Source: a virus
Strand: one strand, 5' to 3'
DNA length: 42,869 nt
Virus record (IMG/VR): IMGVR_UViG_3300045988_027679
Coordinates: 1 to 42,869 of that record
Shown: positions 9,501 to 18,812 of the stretch, one piece after another
Numbering within the stretch: position 1 is the first letter of the stretch
Layout of the letters: each line of letters begins with the position of its first letter
Program-made: the position numbers and the translations under genes
The notes under the pieces: generated by a model
What the model was told of the DNA's origin: nothing
The model's database searches: none
Seen by the model: only the letters and a program-made list of their open reading frames with translations

Positions 9501-9637
9501 TCTTTCTCCTGCTGCTGCAAGTCCTTGATGCTTGCCTTCAACTGGTCTATCTTCTCCTTGTATCTGATGATGCCATAGATTGCATCCTCGTACTTGACCT
9601 TGATGTCAAGAATCTGCTGTTTGTCTTCACTTACCAT
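6512..9637 (-). CDS. Tail tape measure protein
   Basis: 1041 aa with long coiled coils and a central hydrophobic Gly-rich segment (FAALAGVVGVGMTF). The C-terminal motif GGYVQGAGTGTSDSIPARLSNGESVM is typical of tape measure C-termini. Confidence 0.85.
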   Translation of the reverse strand: MVSEDKQQILDIKVKYEDAIYGIIRYKEKIDQLKASIKDLQQQEKDKTITTNEMKVQTEAINATIKEYQYNVRALQKEIQNNVRTENEQEGSLKQLRAQLSNATKKYDEMAKAEREGAKGQALAQHINEITDKLKLAEEETQRYYRNVGNYYNSMMQAADDLQGTEFFGMDIVNDTEVSNIIKLAQNMDGLTDKLKAFGKTAIGLVMNPYFAALAGVVGVGMTFKWFYDYNKGLMEATRLTKEFTGYTGEALETMRNSITATADSMGKDFNDVLATADNLMANYHLSGEEAMKVINDGFASGADLSGDMLNKIQQYAPTFHDAGISADQMVAIIQQTRSGIFSDKGLDIITMASKKIREMSTATSASLDAIGISSKQVQQDLANGTKNTFDIIQLVASKMKDFGADSQQVGDVLKNVFGKQGAQAGIQLIEQLDTMTTDIEEVKKQTGEWGETQLENIKLHKELNSYLSSMFDMSQHGFEEMIEKGKMFGTKVLIQIMKGLFNTINYFIDWYNESLLLRGVIQTLGAAFRGVWSVVKGVANLIIDSMKQVGRSLKGALDILEGIVTFDLSKAQQGFKEIFDLSKFIKEGWKDIKQTGIDFGNAFADGYENTVNGRLNHLKLANLDGGATSSEPTNGNKGTTPAAAKGSTTKTKAQKAKEEAEAKAEAERRKKLEKELQAQIALIQFQYNEQVMDAKKRYLAGMYDNERDYSNDLEQLEKNMVARSIDAYVAAGKIGAEKAQEMQAKLLDIMIKAKADIKNQAKEIVDEINKEFEEAEKKRRDADIMNGGTGEEDDAAKLERYKAFLQSKMDAYKDYAAVQEQLQKDLSDSEVKEQEEANKKKAALQEDQLKMMSDMIQTMGDGLSEFFESEDKSLHSFLKSMLTSILDAIEIAVNAYFAQILAKEIASKSWGGVASAAALMALVKAAFAGAKALVKGFSTGGYVQGAGTGTSDSIPARLSNGESVMTAKATSMFSPILSAFNQLGGGVPIVANNGGSNIGMDMLAAAVARGYQMAPQPVVSVEEINRTQRRVQTIENISRL

Positions 9638-9649
9638 AGTTCTTTCTTT

Positions 9650-12475
9650 TTAGTTGTTCAACTCTATCATTGTAACCTCGCAATATCCGCTGCTTGTGGT
9701 CTTGATTTCGAGAACCGCAAAATACGCTCCGTACTGGGCAAGGTACACTGGCTTCGTTTCATCAAATTCCAGGATCTCCAAATCTGAGAGGTTGAAACGC
9801 TCCGTTATCTGATGAGGGTTCGCCACCGTCTTTCTCAACTTCTCCAGCCTGCTGTCGAAGATACCTTGCAGGTCGATGTTGAAAGCCAATTCCGCATATC
9901 CGGCATCGTTCTTCGTCAGGTTCACGATGCGGTCTTTGCACGCCTTGTATTTGGTCGGAGTCTGTACCGTTTTCGTAGTTCTGCCAAAGGTGTATTGATG
10001 GTTCTCCCACTCGTATATCGGTATGCGGTTTCCGTCCGTGGCTGCGAATGGCAGCGTACAGACGTCCTGCGTATATTCCAGCGTCTTGTTGTCTATCGTC
10101 ATATCCGCATCGTGCTGCTGATATACGGTATCGTCTTCCTTCCACTTGTAGATATTGTGCTGGCAGTAGCCCTCTACGCTGAAATCGGTCTGCCTTGGAT
10201 GGTTGCTGGCTTCGCTCGGGATGAGCTTCTTCGTCCAGTCCACCGCTTGCGCCTTGGCTTCCCAAAGGCTCACGATGTCGGCAAACGTAAGTGTTCCACC
10301 GATAAACCGCTGGCTTGGAAACGTTGATGTCAGAATGCAGATACACTTCAAGAAGTCCGTTACCTTGATGTCGGGAAGGTTCTTGCCGATAGGGAAATTA
10401 CCTCCGTAGGGCACTTCATCGCTCTGCTTGATGCTGGCAGACAACCGTCCGTTGTAACACTTCAATCCAATTAATGCCTGATTTTTCGGGTGCTTCATTT
10501 CGAAGGTTACGATGTCGCCCTCTTCCAAATCTATCTCCCCTCGTCCTGCTACAAGGTGTATGAATCTGCCGTTTAACTTATCCGATTCATAATCGGTCAC
10601 ATATTTTCCAGAAGTTTCATCCTGCTGCAACCCTGCAATATATGGAGTTTCCGTCCAAGTTCCGTCACCGTTATTGTGCTTAACCTTCATTTCGATGTAA
10701 TTCGGTGGATATGAGTAGAAAGCCTGCGACTCAGTGCTCCCCTCGCCAAAACTCCATGATTTGTGTCCGCTGGGAGTAACCTTCGATGCGTCCCACGACC
10801 AGTTCATCTGAACATCAAAAATCATCTTGCAGGCAATCTTAACATTCAGCTGGCTGTATCTGTGTCCAATCTCCAGCCCATCGAATACCTCCGATAGGCT
10901 CGTTGGTTGGAAGTCGAGAATACCTAGGCTCTCTGTTTGGAAAAAAGTGCCCTCTAAGCTACCTACAACCGTCTGCGCATCTGCCTTCCTTGTAATCAGG
11001 GGAACAGCGAGCCCATTGATAGTTTCTTTCGCTCGATTGCTCCAGCCGAATGCAACACCAGTCTGTACCGTGATGAGGTCTAGAACATACTGTGCCGTAA
11101 CGCTTGGCTGGATTGTTCCTTCACTCTTGAAAGTACCACCACCGCTATTGCCAAAAGAGCCGCCAAACGTGCCACGGCTCGCTTTCGCATTGCTCTCCGT
11201 CTCGCTTTTGCTCTTAACGAGAATAGTCGTGCCAGTGCTGTATGCTTTGATGGCGTTGATGATAAGCCATTCCGCTGTTGCTGGTGCTTGCAGATCTACA
11301 TCTACAGGCATACTCTCGCTCGTATATTTAACGCTGTACGCTCCGATTGAATGCACTTTGGATAACTTGCCGCCCGAGAGATAATAAGCCACCACACCCT
11401 TCGTGCTTAACGACATATTTATCATCTTATCTACAGAAGGCTTGATGTATATCAGAATGCCGGAAGGTTTACGCTTTACTACACTGAACTCTGTTTTTCC
11501 GGCTGCAACCTCATACGTTCCCCATGTTGTTGTCTCCCCGGTGTCCTTATTCAGTGCTCCGTATTCGACAGAGCCAGCCTTCTCTGCCCGAACTCTGATG
11601 GATATTGTCTCCATGGCAACACTCGTTTTGATGTTGGCGATGCACGCTCCAGCACTAACGAACATTCCGAGAATAGGATCAGGTGGTGGCAATACCGGAT
11701 CGGTTTCCGATTCCGTTTTTCCTGCATCATCGGCAAGGCTGACAACATTCTTGTTTGTGTCGAGTATCGCCCAGGTTCTGAATTGTCCCTTGCCTAAAAC
11801 CTTGCTGATGGTGGCTCTCATTCCAGCCTCGAAAGGTATGATTGCGCACCGGTATGTCTCATCGGTCAAAACCTCGCCCGATACATACTTTCCGATTTCT
11901 GTTCCAGTTCTTATCTTACCGTCAACGAGTGAATATGTCGTGTCGCTGTTCCCTCCAACGTTGCGGTCATAGCCCTGCCACTCCTCGCTTGATGTCTTGA
12001 GCACTGCCGTTTCGTATCTCCCATAGAATACTCCCTCCGATATCGCCTTCTCGTAGGTGTCAGAGGTGTTGTTTTTGGCGAACCGCAGATACTTCGTGCA
12101 ATTCAACTCGTTCAGCTTCAGATCGGACGATTGCAGCGTTGCCAATGCCTGGAACAATCCCCAATAAATCGAAATTTCGATGGTTTCCTTGACGCTCAGG
12201 ACGCTTGCCCTTCCGTTGCGGATAATCTCCAGTCCGTTACGGAAATAACGTGCTGTGTGGAAAATATAGGGGTACTTGCTGCTTGTACTCGGTTTCCCTG
12301 CGAACTCCAGCACCGCCATATTGTGCGCTGTCTTGGGCAGGTTGATGGTGTATGTCGTGTTGGCGGTCATTTTCGTGATGTCACGGAAAAGGTTGCTCTT
12401 GATGTCGAGCGTGATTGCCGTTTCCTCGCTCATATCCATCAAGATGCCATCGATGTAAAGTTGATGGTCTGTCAT
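9650..12475 (-). CDS. Large tail/baseplate protein (possible tail-tip or receptor-binding protein)
   Basis: 941-aa beta-rich ORF with an ATGA-type overlap to the upstream gene, adjacent to the tape measure gene. Confidence 0.7.
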   Translation of the reverse strand: MTDHQLYIDGILMDMSEETAITLDIKSNLFRDITKMTANTTYTINLPKTAHNMAVLEFAGKPSTSSKYPYIFHTARYFRNGLEIIRNGRASVLSVKETIEISIYWGLFQALATLQSSDLKLNELNCTKYLRFAKNNTSDTYEKAISEGVFYGRYETAVLKTSSEEWQGYDRNVGGNSDTTYSLVDGKIRTGTEIGKYVSGEVLTDETYRCAIIPFEAGMRATISKVLGKGQFRTWAILDTNKNVVSLADDAGKTESETDPVLPPPDPILGMFVSAGACIANIKTSVAMETISIRVRAEKAGSVEYGALNKDTGETTTWGTYEVAAGKTEFSVVKRKPSGILIYIKPSVDKMINMSLSTKGVVAYYLSGGKLSKVHSIGAYSVKYTSESMPVDVDLQAPATAEWLIINAIKAYSTGTTILVKSKSETESNAKASRGTFGGSFGNSGGGTFKSEGTIQPSVTAQYVLDLITVQTGVAFGWSNRAKETINGLAVPLITRKADAQTVVGSLEGTFFQTESLGILDFQPTSLSEVFDGLEIGHRYSQLNVKIACKMIFDVQMNWSWDASKVTPSGHKSWSFGEGSTESQAFYSYPPNYIEMKVKHNNGDGTWTETPYIAGLQQDETSGKYVTDYESDKLNGRFIHLVAGRGEIDLEEGDIVTFEMKHPKNQALIGLKCYNGRLSASIKQSDEVPYGGNFPIGKNLPDIKVTDFLKCICILTSTFPSQRFIGGTLTFADIVSLWEAKAQAVDWTKKLIPSEASNHPRQTDFSVEGYCQHNIYKWKEDDTVYQQHDADMTIDNKTLEYTQDVCTLPFAATDGNRIPIYEWENHQYTFGRTTKTVQTPTKYKACKDRIVNLTKNDAGYAELAFNIDLQGIFDSRLEKLRKTVANPHQITERFNLSDLEILEFDETKPVYLAQYGAYFAVLEIKTTSSGYCEVTMIELNN

Positions 12476-13557
12476 AGCTGCTGAATCTGTGTATTGTTAA
12501 TAACTAGGTTGCAGACGAAATCCTGCAACTCTGCCGTTGTCTTGTTGTAGGTTCCTGCCTTAATGGTCACGCTGTGCCACTTGTTACTGCCGAGGTACAT
12601 GTCAACGACTGGACTGCTGGCTAGGTCTTGCAGTAAATCGAACGTCTCGCTGTCCACCAATGGTGCGCAAAGCGGTATGGTGTCCTCTCTGCCGTAGCCC
12701 TGCCTTCTTCCATTCGCTCCGAGGTAGCCGAATATTGTATCGTCATACCCTCCGAGGTTATTGCGCACGAAGCTGGTGTCGCTGCTTACCGCTCTGCTCT
12801 CAGCACCTTGCGTGAAGAGCCAATAGCGATAAAAGCCGTGGCGGTCAACCCACCGCAGATAAATGCCCTTCTCTGTGTCGTTCCTTTCTATCCTTACAAG
12901 GAGAGACTGCTTTCCACCGCTCGCCATCGCAAAGGTTAGGTCGAAAACGTCCGTGAACGTTCCATGCTCTATCTTGCCATCGTAGTCGTAGATATTCCAG
13001 TACCTAGCATTGCTAGGCAGGACGCTGGCGCTAATGTCAACGATGCCATCGATGCTAGGCTTAACTAACTTGTTTGGTGCTCCCTCGTAGCCGACGAGAA
13101 TCTGGGAAGCCTCATTGATATAAAGACCAAAGGAGAATGGGAAATTCGTGAACCATGTCAGTTTCTTGCATCCGTTCCACGTCTCGCCTGCCTTCATAGC
13201 TCCCCAAACGTAGAATGTTGTATAACTGAATGTCGCAAGGTCGCTCCCCTCGCTGTTCTTGACCTTCACGGAAACATCGAACACTGCCCCGAGGTTGCTC
13301 TTATGGCTCTCCCTGCTGTAGTCGAGGTTTCCGAAGCTGATGCCATCGAAGAGTGCCTGCACATATTCCCGATAGTCCATGATGCAATTTTCCGCAAACG
13401 CTTCCACGCTGTATGTGTACGTCTTTGTCTCCCTGCTGATGGTTGCCTCGATGCTCGCAATACCCGAGCCGCTCGCCTTGATGATGCAGGGAAGGAATGC
13501 GAAGCCTACAGCGTCCGGGTATTGAATCGTGATATTGTTTGTTGTTGTCTGTCTCAT
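12472..13557 (-). CDS. Hypothetical tail-module protein
   Basis: 361-aa ORF with 4-nt start/stop overlaps on both sides, suggesting translational coupling. Confidence 0.7.
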   Translation of the reverse strand: MRQTTTNNITIQYPDAVGFAFLPCIIKASGSGIASIEATISRETKTYTYSVEAFAENCIMDYREYVQALFDGISFGNLDYSRESHKSNLGAVFDVSVKVKNSEGSDLATFSYTTFYVWGAMKAGETWNGCKKLTWFTNFPFSFGLYINEASQILVGYEGAPNKLVKPSIDGIVDISASVLPSNARYWNIYDYDGKIEHGTFTDVFDLTFAMASGGKQSLLVRIERNDTEKGIYLRWVDRHGFYRYWLFTQGAESRAVSSDTSFVRNNLGGYDDTIFGYLGANGRRQGYGREDTIPLCAPLVDSETFDLLQDLASSPVVDMYLGSNKWHSVTIKAGTYNKTTAELQDFVCNLVINNTQIQQL

Positions 13558-14087
13558 ACCGTCTCATTGTTAAGTTTGATACTTCCCACCGAAAGATGGA
13601 TTAATGAAATAAGTCTCTGCCCCAGCCGTTTCATAGTGTCGGGCACAACGTTGCTGTACACGTCAGCCCTGCCGCCAGTCCGGTGCAGCTTAGAACCCTT
13701 GCTGGCGATGGTGTGTGCGATGGCTCCTGCCATGCTCATATCTCCACGCTCTTGTGGTGTGTACTTGTGTGCCCGGTCGGTCTTGTAGGGTATAGGCGTG
13801 CCGTGCAGCCCTTTGTCTTTCATCCACTGCCGGATGATGCCACGGAAGCCGTATGGTATCTTTCCTGCCCTTCGTCCGGTCTCGAGAACTCCGAATGGCT
13901 TGTGTCCCCATAGGATGGTTTCGTCCTCGCTGGGCTGCTCCACCTTTAGGCTCGCTATCGTTCGCCCTGATGCGTTCTGTCCGTTGATACGAATGTGGTT
14001 GATGATAAGCTGCCGTGCTCTCTCCACTTCCTCACGCATGATGAGCGATGCCGCCTTTGGGTCGAATTGAATGCCTCCCTTGCTCAT
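13554..14087 (-). CDS. Hypothetical virion protein (possible neck/tail-completion protein)
   Basis: 177-aa ORF with 4-nt overlaps to both neighbours. Placement between terminase and tail genes is the only basis for the function. Confidence 0.65.
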   Translation of the reverse strand: MSKGGIQFDPKAASLIMREEVERARQLIINHIRINGQNASGRTIASLKVEQPSEDETILWGHKPFGVLETGRRAGKIPYGFRGIIRQWMKDKGLHGTPIPYKTDRAHKYTPQERGDMSMAGAIAHTIASKGSKLHRTGGRADVYSNVVPDTMKRLGQRLISLIHLSVGSIKLNNETV

Positions 14088-14515
14088 ACCTCACACCCTC
14101 CTATGCTCTGTGTCAGTTGCAGGGAGTACATCACGCCCGAAACGATCGTGCTCAGCCGCTCGATGATGGTCTCGTAGTATTGCTGCCCTTCCAATGGCTC
14201 GAACTGGTGCGACTGGTTGATGGCTCGTATCATCCTTGCCCCTGCCAACTTCATTCGGTCGATGCACTCTCCGTTGTCTTCTCCTTCCGCTCCCCTCGGT
14301 ACGATGTCGAGATAAGCCAGGGCAACGTTCACGGTGTCGTAAACCCTGCCGTTGCGTATCTCTGTCGTACCACTGGCTGGGATGATGCACACGATGGCTG
14401 GATAGTTCAGTTTCTCCAGCTTGGTGTCCGCTGTGTCCCAGTCCTCGAATAGGTAGGTGTAGTCTGGTAGCGTGTCTGCTGCCAGCTGTTTCAATGTTTC
14501 TCTGATTGTTGCCAT
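14084..14515 (-). CDS. Hypothetical virion protein (possible neck/terminator-like protein)
   Basis: 143-aa tightly packed ORF. Confidence 0.65.
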   Translation of the reverse strand: MATIRETLKQLAADTLPDYTYLFEDWDTADTKLEKLNYPAIVCIIPASGTTEIRNGRVYDTVNVALAYLDIVPRGAEGEDNGECIDRMKLAGARMIRAINQSHQFEPLEGQQYYETIIERLSTIVSGVMYSLQLTQSIGGCEV

Positions 14516-14517
14516 AA

Positions 14518-15066
14518 TTATCTAGATTTACGTTTCATTTCCTCTGCCTGCAACTTCTGCAGGTTCCGCTCGTACACGCTTCTCTTGTTGTCCATTTCCA
14601 TGCACTTGTAGATGCGAAGCCATGGTGTCTTCAACACTTGGTCGTGGTCGCTGATGCCCATCCTCACTGCGTACCAGTCCAGCATGCCGAACAGTCCGAA
14701 CCGCAGGGTGTCGATGCCTGCCTCCTTCTCCAGTCTCGTTGGCTTCGCTGTGTCGGTGCTCTCGAAGAGCTTGTTGATGCGCTCCACCTCTGATGTTACC
14801 CAGCCGATGAGCATAACGACATCAACCGCCCTTGCCTGCTCCACTTCCTTGTGGCTCAGACCGAGGACGGTTGTCACTATCTGATACAGACTTTCCTCGC
14901 TGTCTGATAGCTGGGAGAGGTCTATTAGCTGCCCGATGGATAGCTGGTTGAGATTGTCGGGCACTTTCTTATCTCCGACAAACGCTGGTCGTGGCTGCTT
15001 GCCGATTTTGTAGCTGGTGTGCCTTGCCACTGCCAGCCAATACTTGAATGTAGTGTTATTATCCAT
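14518..15066 (-). CDS. Hypothetical protein downstream of the large terminase
   Basis: 182-aa ORF starting 22 nt after the TerL stop. Confidence 0.65.
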   Translation of the reverse strand: MDNNTTFKYWLAVARHTSYKIGKQPRPAFVGDKKVPDNLNQLSIGQLIDLSQLSDSEESLYQIVTTVLGLSHKEVEQARAVDVVMLIGWVTSEVERINKLFESTDTAKPTRLEKEAGIDTLRFGLFGMLDWYAVRMGISDHDQVLKTPWLRIYKCMEMDNKRSVYERNLQKLQAEEMKRKSR

Positions 15067-15088
15067 ACGCTTTATAATTTTGTCGTAG

Positions 15089-16279
15089 TTATTGTCTCAA
15101 TACGTGCGCCCTAGCCGTTCCGTGGCTCGCTACGGATAGCTTCTTCAAGGCCACGTATCGTATTGCGTCTATGCCGTGGTTGAATGCGTCTATAGGCTGG
15201 TTCGTGGTCTCTCCATCCCTTGACTTCTTCCACTTGTATTGCTGCATGTTATCGATGATGCCGTTGCTTCGTCTGGTTATGTTGATGCGGAAACGCTTCA
15301 AAATGTCGATGCCGTTGTTGATACTGTCCTTGCCCTTTGTGCTTGGTATTATCCACAGACCTTGGTTGTGGATTTCCCGAATGCTCTTTGGCTCTGCCGA
15401 GTCCGCAATGATGAGGTCTCGTTTTGTCAGTCCGTTTTCCTTGCATCGGTCTGCGATGTCTTGGTTCGTCAGCCCCGGCTGGTAGATTTCTTCGTCCACC
15501 CACAACTCTCCGTGCGCCAATATAAGGTGCTCCACTGCTGTCGGGTCGTTGGTAAATCCGAAGTCCATACCCCTGCATTCCATCTTCCACTCCTCCCTTG
15601 GTGGCAGCTTGTCAACGATGCCCCAGTTGGTGAAGATAAGCCCGGTAATCTTTCCGGTCAGTCCTCTGGCGTACACTCGCCAAAGTTCGGGGTCGTCAAT
15701 CTCTTCAATTTTCTTGTGCTCCTGCTCCGTCAGGAATCGGTTGTTTCTGTGGTCGCTCAGGATCAAGCGGCAGTCATCCCTGCCGATGATGTTGTTGTGC
15801 ACCCAGAACCTTGCGCTTGGGTTGTAGTCGATGAACACCTGCTTTCGGGTTCGGATTGCAAGCTGCCAGAACACTTCGTAGGGCACACCGTTCGCCTCGT
15901 TCACGAACAGGTAGTCACGCTTTCCGTTCTTTGCATCCTGCGCATCCTGGTAACTCTTAAACTCGATGATAGAGCCGTTCTTTCCTTTGTAGCTGCTTTC
16001 GCTCTTGTTGTTCTTGAACCAGTCCAGCAGCTCTGCCCTTGTGTTCAGGATGTTGTCGAGGTCTCGCATGGCTCCCACCTTCAAGTTCGGGAGGTCTTGA
16101 CCGCACACCGTGATGATTGCCATGGGGTGTTCAAAAGAAAGCACTATAAGACGCTGCATGATGGTGTATGTCTTCCCCGAGGACGTACCTCCTTGGTTTA
16201 CGAGAAACCTTGGCTTCACGTCCGCATTCGGGGCATACAGTTCACCAATAACGTCAAATAGTGCCATTCTTTCAAACAA
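15089..16279 (-). CDS. terL: Terminase large subunit
   Basis: Walker A NQGGTSSGKT, Walker B-like DYLFVNEA, and a C-terminal nuclease-like region GMDFGFTNDPTA; 396 aa. Confidence 0.85.
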   Translation of the reverse strand: MFERMALFDVIGELYAPNADVKPRFLVNQGGTSSGKTYTIMQRLIVLSFEHPMAIITVCGQDLPNLKVGAMRDLDNILNTRAELLDWFKNNKSESSYKGKNGSIIEFKSYQDAQDAKNGKRDYLFVNEANGVPYEVFWQLAIRTRKQVFIDYNPSARFWVHNNIIGRDDCRLILSDHRNNRFLTEQEHKKIEEIDDPELWRVYARGLTGKITGLIFTNWGIVDKLPPREEWKMECRGMDFGFTNDPTAVEHLILAHGELWVDEEIYQPGLTNQDIADRCKENGLTKRDLIIADSAEPKSIREIHNQGLWIIPSTKGKDSINNGIDILKRFRINITRRSNGIIDNMQQYKWKKSRDGETTNQPIDAFNHGIDAIRYVALKKLSVASHGTARAHVLRQ

Positions 16280-16310
16280 TAAAAACTTAAAACAAAATTA
16301 TGGTAAAAAA

Positions 16311-16916
16311 TTATTCTTCGTTCAATCCCTCACGCTCGATTACTTCCTGCTCGCTGGATGCACACTGGTGTCCGGAGTTGATGTAGCGTACCTCGATGCC
16401 GCCTTGGAAGCCTGCGTTCAAATCAAGAACGACCTTATCCAGTCCGAGCAGCTTGCAGATTTGCGTCTCAGCCTTTAAAATGATGTCAAGGTAGCGTGGG
16501 TCTCCGAGTCCTCGCTTCTCAGCATCGTACATTATCGCCTTGACGGTCTCCATCGTTACCTGCCCAGTTGAAGGATTCTCGTTTGGCAGTCCGACTTGCG
16601 TCTGTGTCTTGCCGTGGTAGTCTTCCTTGGATTTCTCCCATGCTTCCCAGGCTTCACGTATTACAAGCTTCAACCTTGCCACCTCGCTGGTTATCTTTTC
16701 GTCCGTGTCGGTCAGTCTCTCTTCCCTCCACTCCTTCAATAGCCGCTGAATGTCGCAGTGCGCTTGATTGTATTTCGGTCTGTCGAGACGCTTGCGAACC
16801 TCTGCCGTGATTTCCCGCTCCGTCCATCCCTTGCGGTATAGGGGTGCGATAATCTGCAGGCGGTTCTCGATGTCGATTTTCTGCGCTCGATGTTTGTTGT
16901 TATTACCTTGTGGCAT
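16311..16916 (-). CDS. Putative terminase small subunit / DNA-binding packaging protein
   Basis: 201 aa immediately upstream of terL, with an N-terminal HTH-like segment (YRKGWTEREITAEVRKRL) followed by helical/coiled regions. Confidence 0.45.
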   Translation of the reverse strand: MPQGNNNKHRAQKIDIENRLQIIAPLYRKGWTEREITAEVRKRLDRPKYNQAHCDIQRLLKEWREERLTDTDEKITSEVARLKLVIREAWEAWEKSKEDYHGKTQTQVGLPNENPSTGQVTMETVKAIMYDAEKRGLGDPRYLDIILKAETQICKLLGLDKVVLDLNAGFQGGIEVRYINSGHQCASSEQEVIEREGLNEE

Positions 16917-16927
16917 ACGATTCTGAT

Positions 16928-18172
16928 TTAAAATTTCGCTCCGTTGTACTTGTATACGATGTTTCCCTCGCTGTCTCGTTCGTCAGCTGGTACCATTGCC
17001 CCTTCGAACATCTTGTATGGCGAGTGCGCTGCCTGCGGATTGTTCCAGCACCACTTCATGTAGTCGGCTGCGCTCATCGTGTAATACTTCGAACTCTTCT
17101 CTCTTGTTCCCATGTTCATCGCCTTATCCAGTTTCGCCCTCAAGAAAATCTCTGCATCCAGCTTGATGTCGCTCCACCTCACGTACCCTTTACGCTTGCA
17201 AATGTTCAAAGCTTCGCAGAACTGTCCCCTGCTGTAGTTCCATGTTGGCGGCAATCCGCAGCAACTTCCATTGTGGCAAAGTTCCTTGAAGTGTGCGTCC
17301 GATACGTAAAAGCGCATTCCCAGCTGGTCGCACAGTTCCTTCATGTTATGGAAGAACGGTTCTTTGACCTTGCGGTTCAGTCTAAGATAGCCGGATTGTA
17401 CGCTGTACTTCTTGTAGAATGCGAGAATGTCGAAACCTGCCATCTCGCTGATGGTAGGCAACAACTCCTTCAATGTCGGGCTTCTCGTCTCGAGACAGAA
17501 AAATTCGGTGCTCAAAGCGGTAGCCCCTCTGTTGAATGCTTCCTTGATAAGGTCGAGGTACGTTGGAGTGCTAACTCCGATGATGAAGGGTCTAAGTCTC
17601 AGCGTTGCCCCTCCTGCCCCTGCATTGGCGATGCGCTCGATGGCTTCCAGTCTTGCTTGTGGGCTTTCCACCCCTCGCTCTATTACTCTAGCCTTCTCGG
17701 CATCGCTGGTGATGATTGAGAACTTGAAGTTCCAGTTCTTCTGCCCTCTGATCAAGTCCATGTATCGTTCATCTTTGGTGAACCATGCTCCCTTGGTCGA
17801 GAAGCAAAGCGGATAGTCTATATCCTTGAAGAAACGCAAAAGCTCCAGTGTCGTTCCGTACTTCCGTTCGAAGTTGTCGAACTGGTCGCTCATGCTTCCC
17901 CACTGCATGACCTTGCGAGCCTTGATGTATGGAGCAAAGTCTCCACCGTGCTTGTCGGGGTCAATGAACATTCGCTTGATGCGCTCAACGCTCACGTCCT
18001 TAACCTCCTTGTGCAGGTATTCCTTCTTCTTGCTGCCAATACCTCGCTGGTTCTGAGCAAAACAATACATACAGCCAAAGCTGCAATTATTGTAAGTGTC
18101 AAAAGCCATTGGCATTGAGCAGTCGGGAAACTCGTATGTTATTCTTGGCGTGTTGCCATAATGTTCTGCCAT
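16928..18172 (-). CDS. Radical SAM enzyme (SPL/COG1533-like or other; substrate unknown)
   Basis: CxxxCxxC cluster motif C30-S-F-G-C34-M-Y-C37 (YNNCSFGCMYCFAQ), plus a second Cys-rich patch CHNGSCCG in the C-terminal third; 414 aa. Confidence 0.8.
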   Translation of the reverse strand: MAEHYGNTPRITYEFPDCSMPMAFDTYNNCSFGCMYCFAQNQRGIGSKKKEYLHKEVKDVSVERIKRMFIDPDKHGGDFAPYIKARKVMQWGSMSDQFDNFERKYGTTLELLRFFKDIDYPLCFSTKGAWFTKDERYMDLIRGQKNWNFKFSIITSDAEKARVIERGVESPQARLEAIERIANAGAGGATLRLRPFIIGVSTPTYLDLIKEAFNRGATALSTEFFCLETRSPTLKELLPTISEMAGFDILAFYKKYSVQSGYLRLNRKVKEPFFHNMKELCDQLGMRFYVSDAHFKELCHNGSCCGLPPTWNYSRGQFCEALNICKRKGYVRWSDIKLDAEIFLRAKLDKAMNMGTREKSSKYYTMSAADYMKWCWNNPQAAHSPYKMFEGAMVPADERDSEGNIVYKYNGAKF

Positions 18173-18176
18173 ATCC

Positions 18177-18707
18177 TCATGAATTTATTTTGTTGATGAT
18201 AAAGTCTTTGATTTGGTCGGGTGTCTGCTTCGTGGTGTCTATCGCTACAACGTCACACCCCGCAGTTTGCCATTTCTTTGCCGAGTGTGCCGATTCTCGC
18301 TGTCCCCGGATAATATCCTTGCTCAACGTTCCGTTCGACCGTTCTGTGAGCCTTTTTTGGATTTCTTGCAGTGGTGCGTATAAGAAGATTACAATCTGTC
18401 TGTCCGAATTGAACATTGCGTGCGTCAAGTTCGGACCCCAGTTTTTAAGTCTCATGCCCTCGCAAATAATGCAGTCGGTGCTTTCAAGGGCTTTCTTCAC
18501 GATATCACGCAGTATGGTCGTACCGTTCAGATTGTCAACACCTCCGTACTTAACATCGTATCGCCCTGCAAATGCAACTCCATCCCTGGTGCTGCTTATT
18601 CCGTCCTTGTAGCTTTCAACGCCACCAAAGCTTTCTATCAGCTTTCGGGCGACGGTGCTCTTTCCGCTGGCGTTGGTTCCAATTATGAAAACACAAGTCT
18701 TTCTCAT
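18177..18707 (-). CDS. P-loop NTPase, small nucleotide/nucleoside-kinase-like
   Basis: N-terminal Walker A IIGTNASGKST. At 176 aa its size is typical of NMP/dNMP kinases. Its stop lies 4 nt before the radical SAM start. Confidence 0.7.
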   Translation of the reverse strand: MRKTCVFIIGTNASGKSTVARKLIESFGGVESYKDGISSTRDGVAFAGRYDVKYGGVDNLNGTTILRDIVKKALESTDCIICEGMRLKNWGPNLTHAMFNSDRQIVIFLYAPLQEIQKRLTERSNGTLSKDIIRGQRESAHSAKKWQTAGCDVVAIDTTKQTPDQIKDFIINKINS

Positions 18708-18812
18708 ATTCGAGTTATTTTTGTTAAATTTCGTCTCTGCCGGATTGAATTGTTCCGAGCGGATAGTTTATCCATTCCAAGCGTTTCTCCGACTTAAACG
18801 CAAAAATTCCGA

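Noticed and set aside
15239-16261. Long plus-strand ORFs antisense to minus-strand genes (also 745..1317, 5237..5848, 7355..8072, 16910..17719, 37955..38824 and many shorter ones)
   Set aside because: They lie fully inside well-supported minus-strand genes (TerL, protease, tape measure, radical SAM and others). They have biased, low-complexity or Cys/Leu/Val-rich composition and no start context, which is typical of shadow ORFs.
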